From positions 171,988,001 through 172,052,000 of the forward strand of contig NC_082710.1 of assembly GCF_030144855.1 (NCBI RefSeq): DNA of 64,000 nt, in the 5' to 3' direction. Made by a program: the position numbers and the translations under genes. Shown piece by piece: positions 11,881 to 24,565 of this stretch (positions are counted from its first letter, which is position 1; every line of letters starts with the position of its first letter). The notes beneath the pieces were generated by a model that saw only the letters and a list, made by a program, of their open reading frames with translations, did no database searches and was not told the origin of the DNA. Origin of the DNA: Hypanus sabinus. Its lineage: Eukaryota.

Positions 11881-14263
11881 AAAGACTTCTTTATCCGAAC
11901 TTTGGAGAAGGAAGTCTGAGAATCGGAAAGGGAGAGCTGCGGGAGCCATTTTGATTTTTTCTTCTCATTGGGGTTAAGCGATGCAGGGCTGCGCAGGCTG
12001 TCACGTCGGGCAGCGAAACGCGGAAGATTTAAAAGGAACACAGCCTTATACAGCGGGCAACGTCGTTTTGCGGGCAGCGGTGTGAGCAGGGAGCAGAGTG
12101 AAGGCTTAAGGGCTTTGGGTCAACGGGCTTAGGTGGAAACCGGCTAGGCAAGGTAGGTTTAGTTTTCAGTTTTTCCTGTTATTTGCGGAAAGAGGGAATT
12201 ATGAGTGTGAGAGCAGCTTGTTGTTCTCGGTGTCGGATGTGGGAGGTCCTCGAGTCTCCTAGCCTCCCGGATGTCCACATCTGCGCCAGGTGCGCCGAGC
12301 TGCAGCTCCTAAGGGACCGTGCTAGGGAACTGGAGCTGCAGCTCGATGACCTACGTCTGGACAGGGAGAGTGAGGAGTTGATAGAGAGGAGTTACAGGCA
12401 GGTGGTCACACCGGGGGCACGGGAGGTTGACAGGTGGGTCACGTTTAGGAGAGGGAAGGTTAAGAGTCAGGTACTAGAGAGTACCGCAGTGGTGGTACCC
12501 CTTGACAATAAGTACTCCTGTTTGAGTACTGGGCGGGGACGGGGCAGCCTTCCTGGGGGAAGCAACAGTGGTCGTGCCTCTGGCACAGAGTCTGGCCTCG
12601 TAACTCAGAAGGGTAGGGAATGGAAGAGGAAGGCTGTAGTAATAGGGGACTCGATAGTTAGGGGTCAGATAGGCTATTCTGTGGACGCAGTTAGGAGACA
12701 AGGATGGTATTTTGCCTCCCTCGTGCCAGGGTCCGGGATGTTTCTGATCGCGTCCAAGATATCCTGAAATGGGAGGGTGAAGAGCCAGAGGTCGTGGTAC
12801 ATATAGGTGCCAATGACATTGGTAGGAAAAGGGAAGAGGTCTTGAAAGGAGAATATAGGGAGTTAGGAAGGGAGTTGAGAAGAAGAACCGCAAAGGTAGT
12901 AATCTCAGGATTACTGCCTGCGCCACGCGACAGTGAGAGTAGGAATCGAATAAGGTGGAAAATAAATGCGTGGCTGAGGGATTGGAGCAAGAGGTAGGGA
13001 TTCAAGTTTCTGGATCATTGGGACCTTTTTTGGGCAGGTGTGACCTGTAAACAAAAAACGGGTTGCATATGAGTACGAGTGGGACCAATATCATGGCTGA
13101 GAGATTTGCTAAGGCTACTGGGTAGACTTCAAACTAGAATGGTTGGGGGGCGGGTGGGAATCAAATTGAAGAGACTAGGAGAGAAGAGGTTAGTTCACAA
13201 GTAGAAAGTTTGTAGACAGTGTGTGAGGGAGAATAGGCAGGTGATAGAGAAGGGGAGCGCTCAGACTGAAGATCTCGGGGAGAGGAAGGAAAAGAAGATA
13301 GTAAAGTTGTTTTCACTGTTAGGATAAACAGAGAGTAAAAGGTGGAATATTTTTAAATTCATTTATTTTAATGCTAGGAGTATTGTAAAAAAGGTAAATG
13401 AGCTTAGGGCATGGATTAATCGGTGAAAATATGATGTAGCTATTAGTGAAACGGTTGCAGGAGGGGTGTGATTGGCAACTAAATATTCGTGGATTTCGTT
13501 GCTTCAGGTGCGATAGTGTCGGAAGGACAAGAGGGGGAGGTGCTGCGTTGCTTGTCAGAGAAAATATTACTGCGGTGCTTTGACAGGATATATTAGAGGG
13601 CTCGTCTAGGGAGGCAAATTTGTAAGGAGATAGCAGATACTTCTAGTAAGCACAAGGTTGCGATTGTGGGAGATTTTAATTTTCCACACATAGACTGGGA
13701 AGCCCATTCTGTAAAATGGCTGGATGGTTTGGAGTTTGTAAAATATGTGCAGGATCGGTTTTGCAGCAATACGTAGAGATACCAACTAGAGAACGGGCAG
13801 TGTTGTATCTCCAGAAAGGGAATGGGATAGGTCAGGTGACGAAGGTATGTGTTGGGGAGCCCTTCGGGTCCAGTGACCACAATGCCATTAGTTTCAATAT
13901 ACTTATAGAGAAGGATAGATCTGGACCCAGAGTTGAGCTTTTTGATTAGGGAAAGGCTAACTTTGAGGAGAAGTGAAAGGATTTAGAAGGAGTGGATTGG
14001 GACAATTTGTTTTATGGGAGGGATGTAATAGAGAAATGGAGATCATTTAAAGGTGAACTTTTGACGTACAGAATCTTTATGTTCCTGTTAAGTCGAAAAG
14101 AAAGGTTAAAAGTTTGAGAGAGCCATGGTTTTCAAGGGATATTTGAAACTTGGTTCGGAAAAAAAGAAACACGAGGAAATCTGCAGATGTTGGAAATTCA
14201 AGCAACACACATAAAATGCTGGTGGAATGCAGCAGGCCAGGCAACATCTATAGGAAGAAGCAC

Positions 14264-14299
14264 TGTCGACGTTTCAGGCCGAGACCCTTCGTCAGGACT
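14264..14299 (-). ncRNA. Minimal hammerhead ribozyme motif
   Basis: UAGUC-CUGACGA-AGGGucucggCCU-GAAAC-GUC-GAC. Confidence 0.62.
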
Positions 14300-15710
14300 A
14301 ACTGAAAGAAAACATAGTAAGAGATTTTGAAAGTAGGAGGAGGAGAGCGAAATGCGAAATGATAGGAGAAAATAATGTGGCAAATTGGATCAGCAAATTT
14401 ACTGATGATACAAAGAATTGAGGTGTAGAGGACAGTGAGGAAGGTTTTCATAGCTTGCAGAGGGATTTTGACCAGTTGGAGGAATGGCCTGAAAAATGGC
14501 AGATGAAATTTAATGCGGACAAGTGTGAGGTATTGCACTTTGGAAGGTCAAACCAAGGTAGAACATACAAGGTAAATGGTAGGACACTGAGGAGTGCAGT
14601 AGAAAAAAAGGATCTGGGAGTACAGATACACAATTGCCTAAAAGAGGCGTCACAGTTGGGTAGGGTCGTAAAGAGAGCTTTTGATACATTGGCCTTTATA
14701 AATCAAAGTACTGAGTATAAGAGTTGGAATGTTATGGTGAGGTTGTATAAGGCATTGGTGAGACCGAACTTGAAGTATTGTGTGCAGTTTTGGTCACCTA
14801 ATTACAGGAGGGATATTAATAAAGTTGAAAGAGTGCTGAGAAGATTTACAAGGATGTTACCGGGACTTGAGAAACTGAGCTAGAGAGAAAGGTTGAAAAG
14901 GTTAGGACTTTATTCCCTGGAGCGCATGGGAATGGGGGGGGGGGGAGGGATTTGATAGAGGTGTATAAAATTACGATGGGTATAGATAGAGTGAATGCAA
15001 GCAGGCATTTTCCACTGACGCTAGGTGAGAAAAAAACAGAGCTCATGGGTTAAGGGTGAAGGGGGAAAAGTTTAAAGGGAACATTGGGGGGGGGCTTCTT
15101 CACGCAGTGAGTGGTGGGAGTGTGGAATGAGCTGCCAGATGAAGTGGTGAATGCGGGCTCACTTTTGACAGTTAAGAAAAACTTGACCAGTTACATGGAT
15201 GAGAGGGGTTTGGAGGGATATGGCCAGGTGCGGGTCAGTAGGACTAGGCAGAAAACTGGTTCGGCACCGCCAAGAAGGGCCAAAAGGCCGGTTTCTGTAC
15301 TGTAATGTCCTATGGTTCTATGGTTCTACTGTCAAGATGAAGCCATACTCAGACTGGAGGAACAAAACCTTATATACCGTCTGGGTAGCCTCCAACCGGA
15401 TGGCATGAACATTGACTTCTCTAACTTCCGTTAATGCCCCTCCTCCCCTTCTTACCCCATTCCTGACATAATTAGCTGTTTTTTTCTCTCTCTACCCAAC
15501 ACTCTGCCTGTTCTCCATCTCCCTTTGTGTTCCCCTCCCCCTTTCTCCCTAGGACTCCCGTCCCATGATCCTTTCCCTTCTTCAGCTCTGTATCGCTTTT
15601 GCCAATCACCGTTCCAGCTCTTAGCTTCATCCCATCCCCTCAGGTTTCTCTTATCATTTCCGATTGCCCCCTCCCCTCCTATTGTCAAATCCCTTACTAT
15701 CTTTTCTTTC

Positions 15711-15750
15711 AGTTAGTCTTGACGAAGGGTATCGGCCCGAAACGTCGACA
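15711..15750 (+). ncRNA. Hammerhead motif variant (C3U)
   Basis: gtc-TTGACGA-AGGGtatcggCCC-GAAAC-GTC-GAC. Confidence 0.45.
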
Positions 15751-17779
15751 GTGCTTCTTCCTATAGATGCTGCCTGGCCTACTGCGTTCCACCAGCATTT
15801 AGTGTGTGTTGCTCGGAAACAGAGAGAGATCTACAGTCAATATAGGCAGCATGGAGGAAATGAGGTGCTCGATGAATAGAAAGAATGTAAATGAATCTTA
15901 AGAAAGAACTTAGAAAAGTTAAAGAAGACGTGAGGTTGCTTTGGCAAGTAAGCTGAAAATAAATCCAAAGGGTTTCTACAGTTATATTAATAGCAAAAGG
16001 ATAGTGAGGGATAAAATTGGTACCTTAGAGAATCAGAGTGGACAGAAATGTGTGGAGCCAAATGAGATGGGGGAGATTTTAAACAAATTCTTTTATTCGG
16101 TATTCACTAAGGAGAAGGATATTGAATTGTGTAACGTAAGGAAACAAGTAGGGTAGTTATGGAAACTATGATGATTAAAGAAGAGGAAGTACTGGCGCTT
16201 TTAAAGAATATAAAAGTGGATAAGTCTCCGGATCCTGACAGGTTATTCCCTAGGACCTTGAGGGAAGTTAGTGTAGAAAGAGCAGGGGCTCTGACAGAAA
16301 TATTTCAAATGTCCTTAGAAACGGGGATGGTGCCGGAGCATTGGCATATTGCACAAGTGGTTCCATTGTTTAAAAAGGGTTCTAAGAGTAAACTTAGCAA
16401 TTATCGGCCTGTACGTTTGACGTCAGTGGTGGGTAAATTAATGGAAAGCATTCTTAGAGATGGTATATTAATTATCTGGATAGGCAGCGTCTAATTAGGT
16501 ACAGTAAACATGGATTTGTGCGTGGAAGGTCATGTTTGCCAAACCTTATTGATCTTTTTGAAGAGGTTACGAGGAAAGTTAACGAGGGCAAAGCAGTGGA
16601 TGTTGTCTATATGGACTTCATCAAAGCCTTTGACAAGGTTCCACATGGAAGGTTAGCTAGGAAAGTTCAATCTTTAGGGATTAATATTGAAGTAGTAAAA
16701 TGGATTCAACAGTCGCTGGATGGGAGATGCCAGAGAATAATGATGGATAACTGATTGTGAGGTTGGAGGCCGATGACTAGTGGTGTGCCTCAGGGATCTG
16801 TATCAATGTTGTTTGTCATATACATTAATGATCTGGATGATGGGGTGGTAAATTGGATTAGTGAGTATGCAGATGATACTAAGATAGGTGGCGTTGTGGA
16901 TAATGAAGTAGGTTTTCAAAGCTTACAGAGAGATTTAAGCCGGTTAGAAGAGTCGGCTGAAAGACTGCAGATGGAGTTTAATGCTGATAAGTGTGAGGTG
17001 CTACATTTTGGAAGGACTAATCAAAATATAACACACATGGTAAATGGTAGGGCATTGAGGAATGTAGAAAAACAGAGTGATCTAGGAATAATGATGCACA
17101 GTTCCCCGAAGGTGGAATCTCATGTGGATAGGGTGGTGAAGAAAGCGTTGGGTATGCTGACCTTTATAAATCAGAACGTTGAGATTAGGAGTTGGGATGT
17201 TATGTTAAAATTGTACAAGGTATTGTTGAGGCCAAATATAGAGTATTGTGTATAGTTCCGGTCACCGAATTATAGGAAAGATGTCAACAAAATAGAAAGA
17301 ATTCAGAGGAGATTTACTAGAATGTTACCTGGGTTTCAGTACCTAAGTTACAGAGAAAGGTTGAACAAGTTAGGTCTTTATTCTTTGGAGTATAGAAGGT
17401 TGAGGGGGGACATGTTAGAGGAATTTAAAATTATTGAGGGGGATAGATAGAGTTGACGTGGATAGGCTTTTTCCATTGAGAGTAGGGGAGATTCAAACAA
17501 GAGAAAATGAGTTGAGAGTTAGGGAGCAAAAGCTTAGGGGTAACACGAAGGGGAATTTCTTTACTCAGAGAGTGCTAGCTGTGTGGACCGAGCTTCCACA
17601 CAAGCAGATTCGATATTGTCATTTCAAAAAATTTAGATAGGTATATCGACAGGAAAGTAATTGAGGATTATGGACTGAGTGCGGGTCGGTGGAACTAGGT
17701 GGGAGTAAGCATTCAGCACAGGCTAGAAGGGCCGCGATGGCCTGTTTCCGTGCTGTAATTGTTATATGGTTATATGGAT

Positions 17780-18210
17780 TAACACATCAGGCGCGATTGG
17801 CACCTTTGGGCCTGTACTTACTGGAATTCAGGAAAATGCTTGGGGATCTCATTCTAACCTATCGAATGTTGAAAGGACTAGAGAGGGAGGGTGTGGAAAA
17901 GGATATTTCTTACGTTGGGGGTATCTTGAACTAAAGGGCAGATCCTCAAAATTCAGGGCGACCCCTTAGGACAGGGTTAAGGAAGAACTTTTATTTTGTA
18001 CCCATTGAGTACACTGCAGTGGGGAATAGGTCCGTGCGTATATTTAAGGCGGAACTTGATCATTTCCTCATCGGTTAGGGCGTCAAAGGATTTTGCGAGA
18101 AGGTGGGAGTATGGGGTTGAGTGGGATCCGGGATCAGCCATATTGGAAGGGAGGAGCCGACTCTCGGTGATGAATGGCCTAATTCTGCTCCTATGTGTTA
18201 TGGTCTTATG
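17780..18210 (+). mobile_element. CR1 3-prime end fragment
   Basis: Degenerate GLYLLEFRKMLGDLI peptide and atggtctt tail. Confidence 0.7.
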
Positions 18211-18499
18211 GTCTTATCTAATCGTCCCCTCTGTGCAACTGTGGCATTGTCCATGATCCATAGTGTAACTGCCCCTCTTCTTTTACCATTTCTATCTTCC
18301 CTAAAAATTTAAAACCATTCCTGTCCTTCTCTTAACCGTCTCTGTAATCGGTCCCTGGATCGATGTATTAGTCCACACTCTAATTTAATCACTTTTTCCA
18401 TAATACTCCTTGGGTTAAAATAACGCAGACTTCAAACTATCAGTCTCATGCTATCTGTTGTGTTCTTCTTACTTGTTTTTACTGACTCTGACATTTATT

Positions 18500-19100
18500 T
18501 CTCTGTCTATCCTTCCACTTCTTGCTCTCGTGCTCTGACAAACACGTTTAAACCCTCCCGAGTAGCACGAGCGAACATCCCGGCCACGATATTGGTTCCC
18601 CTCCAGCTAAAGTGAACGGCTCCCACTTATAAGGGACGCCAGATCTCTAGAAAAAATTCCAATTATCCAAGAACCTGAAATCCTGCCCCTATCAGCAGTT
18701 TATCAGACACTTACTCATCTGTACTATAATCCTATTTCTCACCTTTCTATCACGTGGCCTTGGGAGTGATCCAGAAATAACTACATTAGTGGTCTTGCTT
18801 TTCAGCCTCTTTCCTAAGTCACTATATTTACTGGGCAGGACTTCTTCACCACTTTTGTGTTTGTCTTCGGTGACAATGTGCATCATGACCTCTAGCTACA
18901 TACTGTCCCTACCACCAAGGAGCCAACGCACATTTCTGTCATCTCATTTGTGCCCAACGAATCTCCTGCCCGTCCCCCTAACTATGAAATTTCCTATCAC
19001 TATCGTTCTGCCTGGACTTTCCCTTGCCTGTTGAGTCTAAGAACTGACCACAGTGCCACTGACCTGGCTTCTGCTGCTGTGCGCTGTTAGGTCACCCCCC
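18500..19100 (-). mobile_element. CR1 ORF1 (esterase) fragment
   Basis: KSKTTNVVISGSLPRP peptide resembles ORF1 at 12704-12997. Confidence 0.65.
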
Positions 19101-19199
19101 AAGGATATATATAGGGAAATATTTGCTGCAGTAGGAAAGGGAACCTTGAAACTAGCCACGTTGCCGCAACGGAGGAAAGTCAGATAAAGAGGGAAAGTA

Positions 19200-19440
19200 G
19201 GGTTCTATTTACTTTCACGGCCATAGATCCAACGATCCAACGGAGTCCAATTACAGTATACCCAATTAACCAGTTAAGACGTACATCATATACGGAAGTG
19301 AGAGGAAACTGGAGCAGCCGGAGGTAACCTATATCGCCACTGGGATGTCGTTCAAACTGCTTACTGATTACTGTGGGAGTCACATCCGTGTCACTGATGC
19401 TGCAATAGCATTATGCTAACCGCTACTCTACGACGCCACT
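19200..19440 (-). mobile_element. tRNA-derived SINE
   Basis: Reverse strand gtagagtagcggttagcataatgct head and ggctgctccagtttcctc body. Confidence 0.55.
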
Positions 19441-20230
19441 CATAAGTTTGTTGAACCGGCAGGATATGAACATTGGGGAAGATGGAAGGAAACGAACGTT
19501 GTGGAAGGTTCCTGCAGTTGGGCTAACTCTAAGCGCCTATTACCGTATTGTATATCTAAGAAAAAAGTAAAATCTAACAAGTAAAATATATCGTATTTAC
19601 CACTCTAAATGGCATATCTGATATCCACGACCTCTGGTTCCATACTTCCAAGCTCTCGGTTACTTTGCTGAATAAAACTGCTTTTAAGCTGTTAGCATTT
19701 TATCTCCCGTCTCATTTCATAGTCATGGGTTACAACAAATGTATCATCGAGATTATTGTTATTATTATTCTCAATCCGAGAAACAAGATTATATTCAATG
19801 TTATAGTTGCACTATTTAGTCTTTAGGGTTTGCCTGGTCACCTGGTGGTTTTGTAAGGTTATTGCAGGCAGAGTTGTCTAGGGTGCTGATTCATAAAGTT
19901 GGAGCTATGAACCAGCTAAAATTTTGAAAGTTTCGCTTATATTTCCCTGATGTTGTTTTTCAAGTTCAAAGTCAAATTTATTGTTATCCAATTTTGCACA
20001 TGTATACTTCTAAAGAAAACAACGTTCCTCTGGGACCACGGTAAAAGACACAGTATATACATCACATACACCGCATAAATGGCATTTCCACAACAATATT
20101 AAGAGTTAAAAATTATTGTGTAGATGAACAAGTTGCGTCGGAGTGCTGCACTCCTGCTTTATAGTTCCAAACCCACTTTCGGAGGCTATACCAGTATGAG
20201 ATTTAATAAACAACTTTTCAACCTCATTGT

Positions 20231-20735
20231 GTGAAACACATTGATGAAGGTAGAGCAGTAAATGTAGTATATATGGATTTCAGCAAAGCATTTGATAAAG
20301 TACTCCATGCAAGGCTTACTGAGAAAGTAATGAAGCATGGCATCCAAGGGGCCCTTGTTTTGTGGGTCCTTGCCTACAGAAGGAAAAGGATGGCTGTAGA
20401 GAGGTCATATTCTGCATGGAGATCGTTGACCAGTGGTGTGCCTCAGAGATCTTTTCTGGGACCCCTTGTCTTCGAGATATTTATACACTACCTGGATGAG
20501 GAAGTGGAAGGATGTGTTAGTAAATTTGCTGATGACACAACAGTTGGAGGTGTTGTGGATAGTGAGCAGGGCTGTCAGAGTTTACAGCGGGACATCGATA
20601 GTGTGAGGTGATTCATTTTGGTACGTCAAGTGATGGCAGAATATGACAATAATGGTAAGACTCTTGGCATTGTGGAGGATTAGTGGGTTCTTGGGCTCCG
20701 AGTCCATAGGACACTCAAAGCTGTTATGCAGGTAG
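20231..20735 (+). mobile_element. CR1 RT fragment
   Basis: YMDFSKAFDKV and VSKFADDT motifs. Confidence 0.88.
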
Positions 20736-20736
20736 A

Positions 20737-22215
20737 TTCAAACAACACACACAAAACGCTGGTGGAAGACAGCAGGCCAAGCTGCATCTATAGGGAGAAG
20801 CGCTGTCGACGTTTCGGGCCGAGACCCTTCGTCAGGACAAACTGAAAGGGAAGATACTAAGAGATTTGAAAGTAGGAGGGGGAGGGGGAAAAGCGAAATG
20901 GTAGGAGAAGACCGGAGGGGGTGGGATGAAGCTAAAAGCTGGAAAAGTGATTGGCAATAGTGATATAGAGCTGGAGACGGGAAAGGATCATGGGACAGGA
21001 GGCCTAGGGAGAGAGAAAGAGGGAGGGGAGCACCACAGGGAGATGGAGAAGAGGCAGAGTGAAGGGCAGAGAGAGAGAAAAAAAATAAACAACTAAATAT
21101 GTCAGGGGTGGGGTAAGAAGGGGAGGAGGGGCATTAACGGAAGTTAGAGAAGCAAATGTTCATGCCATCAGGTTGGAGGCTACCCAGCCAATATATGAGG
21201 TGTTGTTCCTCCAACCTCAGTGTGGCTTCATCTTGACAGTAGAGGAGGCCATGGATAGACATATCAGAATGGGAATGGGACGTGGAATTAAAATTTGTGG
21301 CCACTGGGATATCCTGCTTTCTCTGGCGGACAGAGCATAGGTGATCAGCGAAACGATCTCCCAGACTGCGTCGGGGCTCACCAATATACAAAAGGCCTCA
21401 ACGGGAGCACCGGACGCAGTATACCACACCAGCCGACTCACAGGTGAACTGTCTCCTCACCTGGAAGGACTGTCTGGGGCCCTGAATGGTGGTAAGGGCA
21501 GGTATAGCGCTTGTTCCTCTTACAAGGATAAGTGCCAGGAGGGAGATCGGTGGGGAGGGAAGGGGGGAATGAGTGGACAAGGGAGTCGCGTAGGGAGCGA
21601 TCCCTGCGGAAAGCAGAAGGTGGGGGGGGGGGTGGAGGGAAAGATATGCTTGGTATGAGATTCCGTTGGAGATGGCGGAAGTTACGGAGAATTATACGTT
21701 GGACCTGGAAGCTGGTGGGGTGGTAGGTGAAGACAAGGGGAGCCCTATCACGAGTGGGGTAGCGGGCGGATCGGGTGAGGGCAGGTGTGCGGGAAATGGG
21801 AGAGATGCGTTTGAGAGCAGAGTAGATGGTGGAAGAAGGGAAGTCCTTTGTTTAAAAAAGGAAGTCATCTCCTTCGTCCTGGAATGAAAAGCCTCATCCT
21901 GAGAGCAGATGCAGAGGAGACGGAGGAATTGTGAGAAGGGGATAGCATTTTTGCAAGAGACAAGGTGGGGAGAGGAATAGTCCAGGTAGCTGTGAGAGTC
22001 TGAAGGCTTATAGTAGATATAGATGGACACAGAAAGATCAAGAAAGGGGAGGGAGGTGTTGGAAATGGACTAGGTAAATTTGAGGGCAGGGTGAAAGTTG
22101 GAGGCAATTTTAATGAAGTCAACGAGCTCAGCATGCGTGCAGGAGGCAGCACCAATGCGGTCGTCGATGAGCAAAGGAAAAGAGGGCGAAGGATACCCGT
22201 ATAGACTTGGAACAT
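20737..22215 (-). mobile_element. Penelope-like element, 5-prime truncated (RT C-terminus, GIY-YIG endonuclease, terminus with hammerhead)
   Basis: YIGE..R.LGDRFADHL...EEQHLIYWLGSLQPDGMN (GIY-YIG) and YKPSDSHSYLDY...NAIPFSQFLRL (Penelope RT thumb). Confidence 0.88.
20804..20840 (-). ncRNA. Minimal type I hammerhead ribozyme motif (Penelope-associated)
   Basis: UUGUC-CUGACGA-A-GGGucucggCCC-GAAAC-GUC-GACAG: full core, stem I, stem II and palindromic ACGU helix III. Confidence 0.7.
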
Positions 22216-23650
22216 GGACTATACATGGACTTGGATACATGGATATCCATCTACATCGCTACTGACAGAAAGGATAGCAGAATCAAAAACCACCATTCTA
22301 ATTATGAAGCAATTAATAGGCACTTGCGAAGGAGTAACCTCTCAGTATTCAGTCTAGATTGCAATAGTGATCTCAATATCACCTTTCCTCCCAGCACTCT
22401 TATAACGAGTGAAATTACATAACCCTGCACTAATCGGACTTAACATAAGGAATAATGATCGGCAGGTATGGCTGATGAATGAACATAGATACAATGTATG
22501 AAAAATAATCTGTCAGATAATATATTAATGAAGTTCAGATGTTGCCTTAAGGTTTAGTCTCATATCCTATTACAAATGTGAATAATATGCTATTTTTCAC
22601 AAATGAGTTGCATTTTACTTCTGCAATTTTGTTATTCTCCACCACACTTACAGAATGCCTATATTTTATTCATGAAAATTGAGCAATGATGTCATTTGAT
22701 TTCATATCAGGACAACTTAAGCCGGAAGACGAGACGTTTGCAACATCTCCGATTCAAGTTTAAATGCAATCAAAGCATTTTCCTCGATATCAAATGCAAT
22801 CCTGTGTTCTAAACACTGACGCTGCCTGCCCTACTGAATGTGGTCAGCATACCTCTTTCTTTATTATTTCACTTCCAGCATCTGTGTCATTTTATACAAA
22901 CTGGATGATCTAAAAGACGTGCTATATTTCCGTGGTTTTGTAATTCCAGATGGAGCAAAGTAATGCACAGTGAACTCCATCTTCTCATTTCTGCGAATAC
23001 TAATATCTAAACAAGTGGAATATTTCCCTCAATCCTCCTGGAAAAATCCAACCGCGTAAGATCTTAATGTAACAATAGGTCATATGGTCCTTCGTACTTA
23101 TTCCATCACAATTGACCAGTTACCAACCATAAAAATCATTTGTTTGTGAAAGTAACTACAATGTGATCAGAGATTACATTAGATAGGAATTTAGGAAAGT
23201 ATTTCTCTTTAAAGCGAAATCTGTTAAGTAAGCAGGCATCCTCAAAACGTTTACATTTTGAACGCCCATTTAAATTTTAGTTTGCATACTAATTCACGCG
23301 CAATGTGTAGATTGAATTAGAGTTTTAGGGGGAAGGCTAACCAATGGCTTTTTCTGTTCGCTTTCCGAATATCTGTCATGGATTTTGTTTGCCACCGACC
23401 GTGGAAACATTGTTGCCACAAGAAAAGGATGAGTTTGATTTGAACTACCTTGGCTGAACAACTACCAATAGCCATAATGGATAAGACAGGCAAAGCAGCA
23501 TTTTCAAATTTATTATCTGTTCAAATTTCAATAAAATATCTTAAATAATTATTACCAGGACACAAACACATTAACTGCAAAGCACTCCTAAGATATGTTG
23601 TGCCAAAATTGTCTGTGACACACGAAAATGCAGAGCAGAGTAGATCTTAC

Positions 23651-23716
23651 CATCTTTAGCCAGAACCGGCGAATCACTGGAGTTTATTGGCACAGGCGCT
23701 TGTGGCGGCCCATTCA
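23651..23716 (-). other. Candidate 66-nt exon (pairs with 27823-27888)
   Basis: GC-richer island in AT-rich DNA with ctcag| acceptor and strong GATG|gtaaga donor in both copies. Reads NGPPQAPVPINSSDSPVLAKD in phase 1, or a short tail with a stop in phase 2. Confidence 0.4.
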
Positions 23717-24028
23717 CTGAGTTTATTTATAACAGAGGTTGATAGGATTTTGATTAGCAAGAGCGTCAAAATTTACAGGGAGAAGATAGGAGTATGGTGT
23801 TGAAAGGGATAATAAATCAGCCATGTTCGAATGGCGGAGCAGACTCCATGGACCGATTGATCTAATTCTACTGTTATGCCTTTTGGTTTTATTGTATTAA
23901 TTTACCAGAATTGACTTCCGTATTGAACCATTAAATGTTGTGTACCGCTATAATTTCTAAATTCTGCGCCACATTCAGTCCTCTATTCATCTCGGTAATT
24001 TCTTTACTGTGTTCCCATGAATACTTGC

Positions 24029-24185
24029 CTGTTAGCTCGATTTGTTGCAATGAGAGCTCTATATGAACCCCAGGTGCGGATGCCGAAAACTGTTACACTG
24101 TTGATCAAAGCAAACACTGCAGGTTTTACTCCCATTTCAGTCATCTGCCAACGCAAGCTCCTTCCAAATCCCGATGGGTTCCTAG
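24029..24185 (-). other. Candidate orphan exon: TM segment with lysine (…MTEMGVKPAVFALINSVTVFGIRTW…)
   Basis: Strong acceptor ctcttattctcgacag|, GC-type donor AG|gcaagt, 157-nt open frame starting in phase 1; all preserved in 28204-28360. No V exon nearby. Confidence 0.38.
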
Positions 24186-24319
24186 CTGTCGAGAATAAGA
24201 GTAAATCACATTCTCTAACAAATCACATCCAAGTCTTATCGATTTCAGCTCGGTTTTGTGTATGGAAATGTTGCTTGTTTCGGTTTCAATAGACAGGTAA
24301 GATCATTGCTAACTATAAT

Positions 24320-24565
24320 GGCGTCCTAGCGGTGCAGCTAGAGGAGATGCTGTATTTGAGTTCCAGCACCGTGTGTTCAATCCTGGCTTTGGTGACGTCC
24401 GTGCGCAGTTCGCACGTTCTCTTTGCTACTGCCTGGGTTTGCTCCGGGTGTTTAATTTTCCACCCTGACCTTGACAAATGACGTCTATGAATCACTCCGT
24501 CTCTGTGGTGGAGCTGATGAAAATGTAAAGTAAGTGGGTTACAGAGAGAAATTGGTATGGAAATA
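24320..24565 (+). mobile_element. tRNA-derived SINE (copy 28495-28790, with an expanded agactt tail)
   Basis: A-box-like tagcggtgcagctag and B-box-like gttcaatcc motifs. Confidence 0.6.

Larger units (their letters stand above)
14162..15812. mobile_element. Composite insert: inverted Penelope terminus + CR1 RT 3-prime end + Penelope 3-prime end
   Basis: Penelope terminus on minus at about 14170-14370, CR1 ORF 14455-14883 and tail to about 15315, GIY-YIG C-terminal remnant and terminus on plus to 15812; flanked by tcggaaa on both sides. Confidence 0.72.
11890..17770 (+). mobile_element. Near full-length degenerate CR1 LINE (ORF1 SGNH esterase 12183-12997; ORF2 EN/RT), interrupted at 14162-15812
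   Basis: ORF1 CSRCRMWEV zinc-knuckle-like motif and VIGDSIVRG esterase motif; ORF2 resumes at 15813 in register with 14161; RT motifs FIKAFDKVPH and YADDTK. Confidence 0.88.

Noticed and set aside
19730-19816. Hydrophobic stretch with Arg (ATITLNIILFLGLRIIITIISMIHLL)
   Set aside because: It derives largely from an aat/att-rich low-complexity tract, and there is no phase-1 acceptor with a pyrimidine tract.
24029-24300. Possible decayed V domain (SIRLGCD...YSYSRQLG...IELT) in an alternative frame
   Set aside because: Four stop codons, no Trp or second Cys at the expected positions, and too short.
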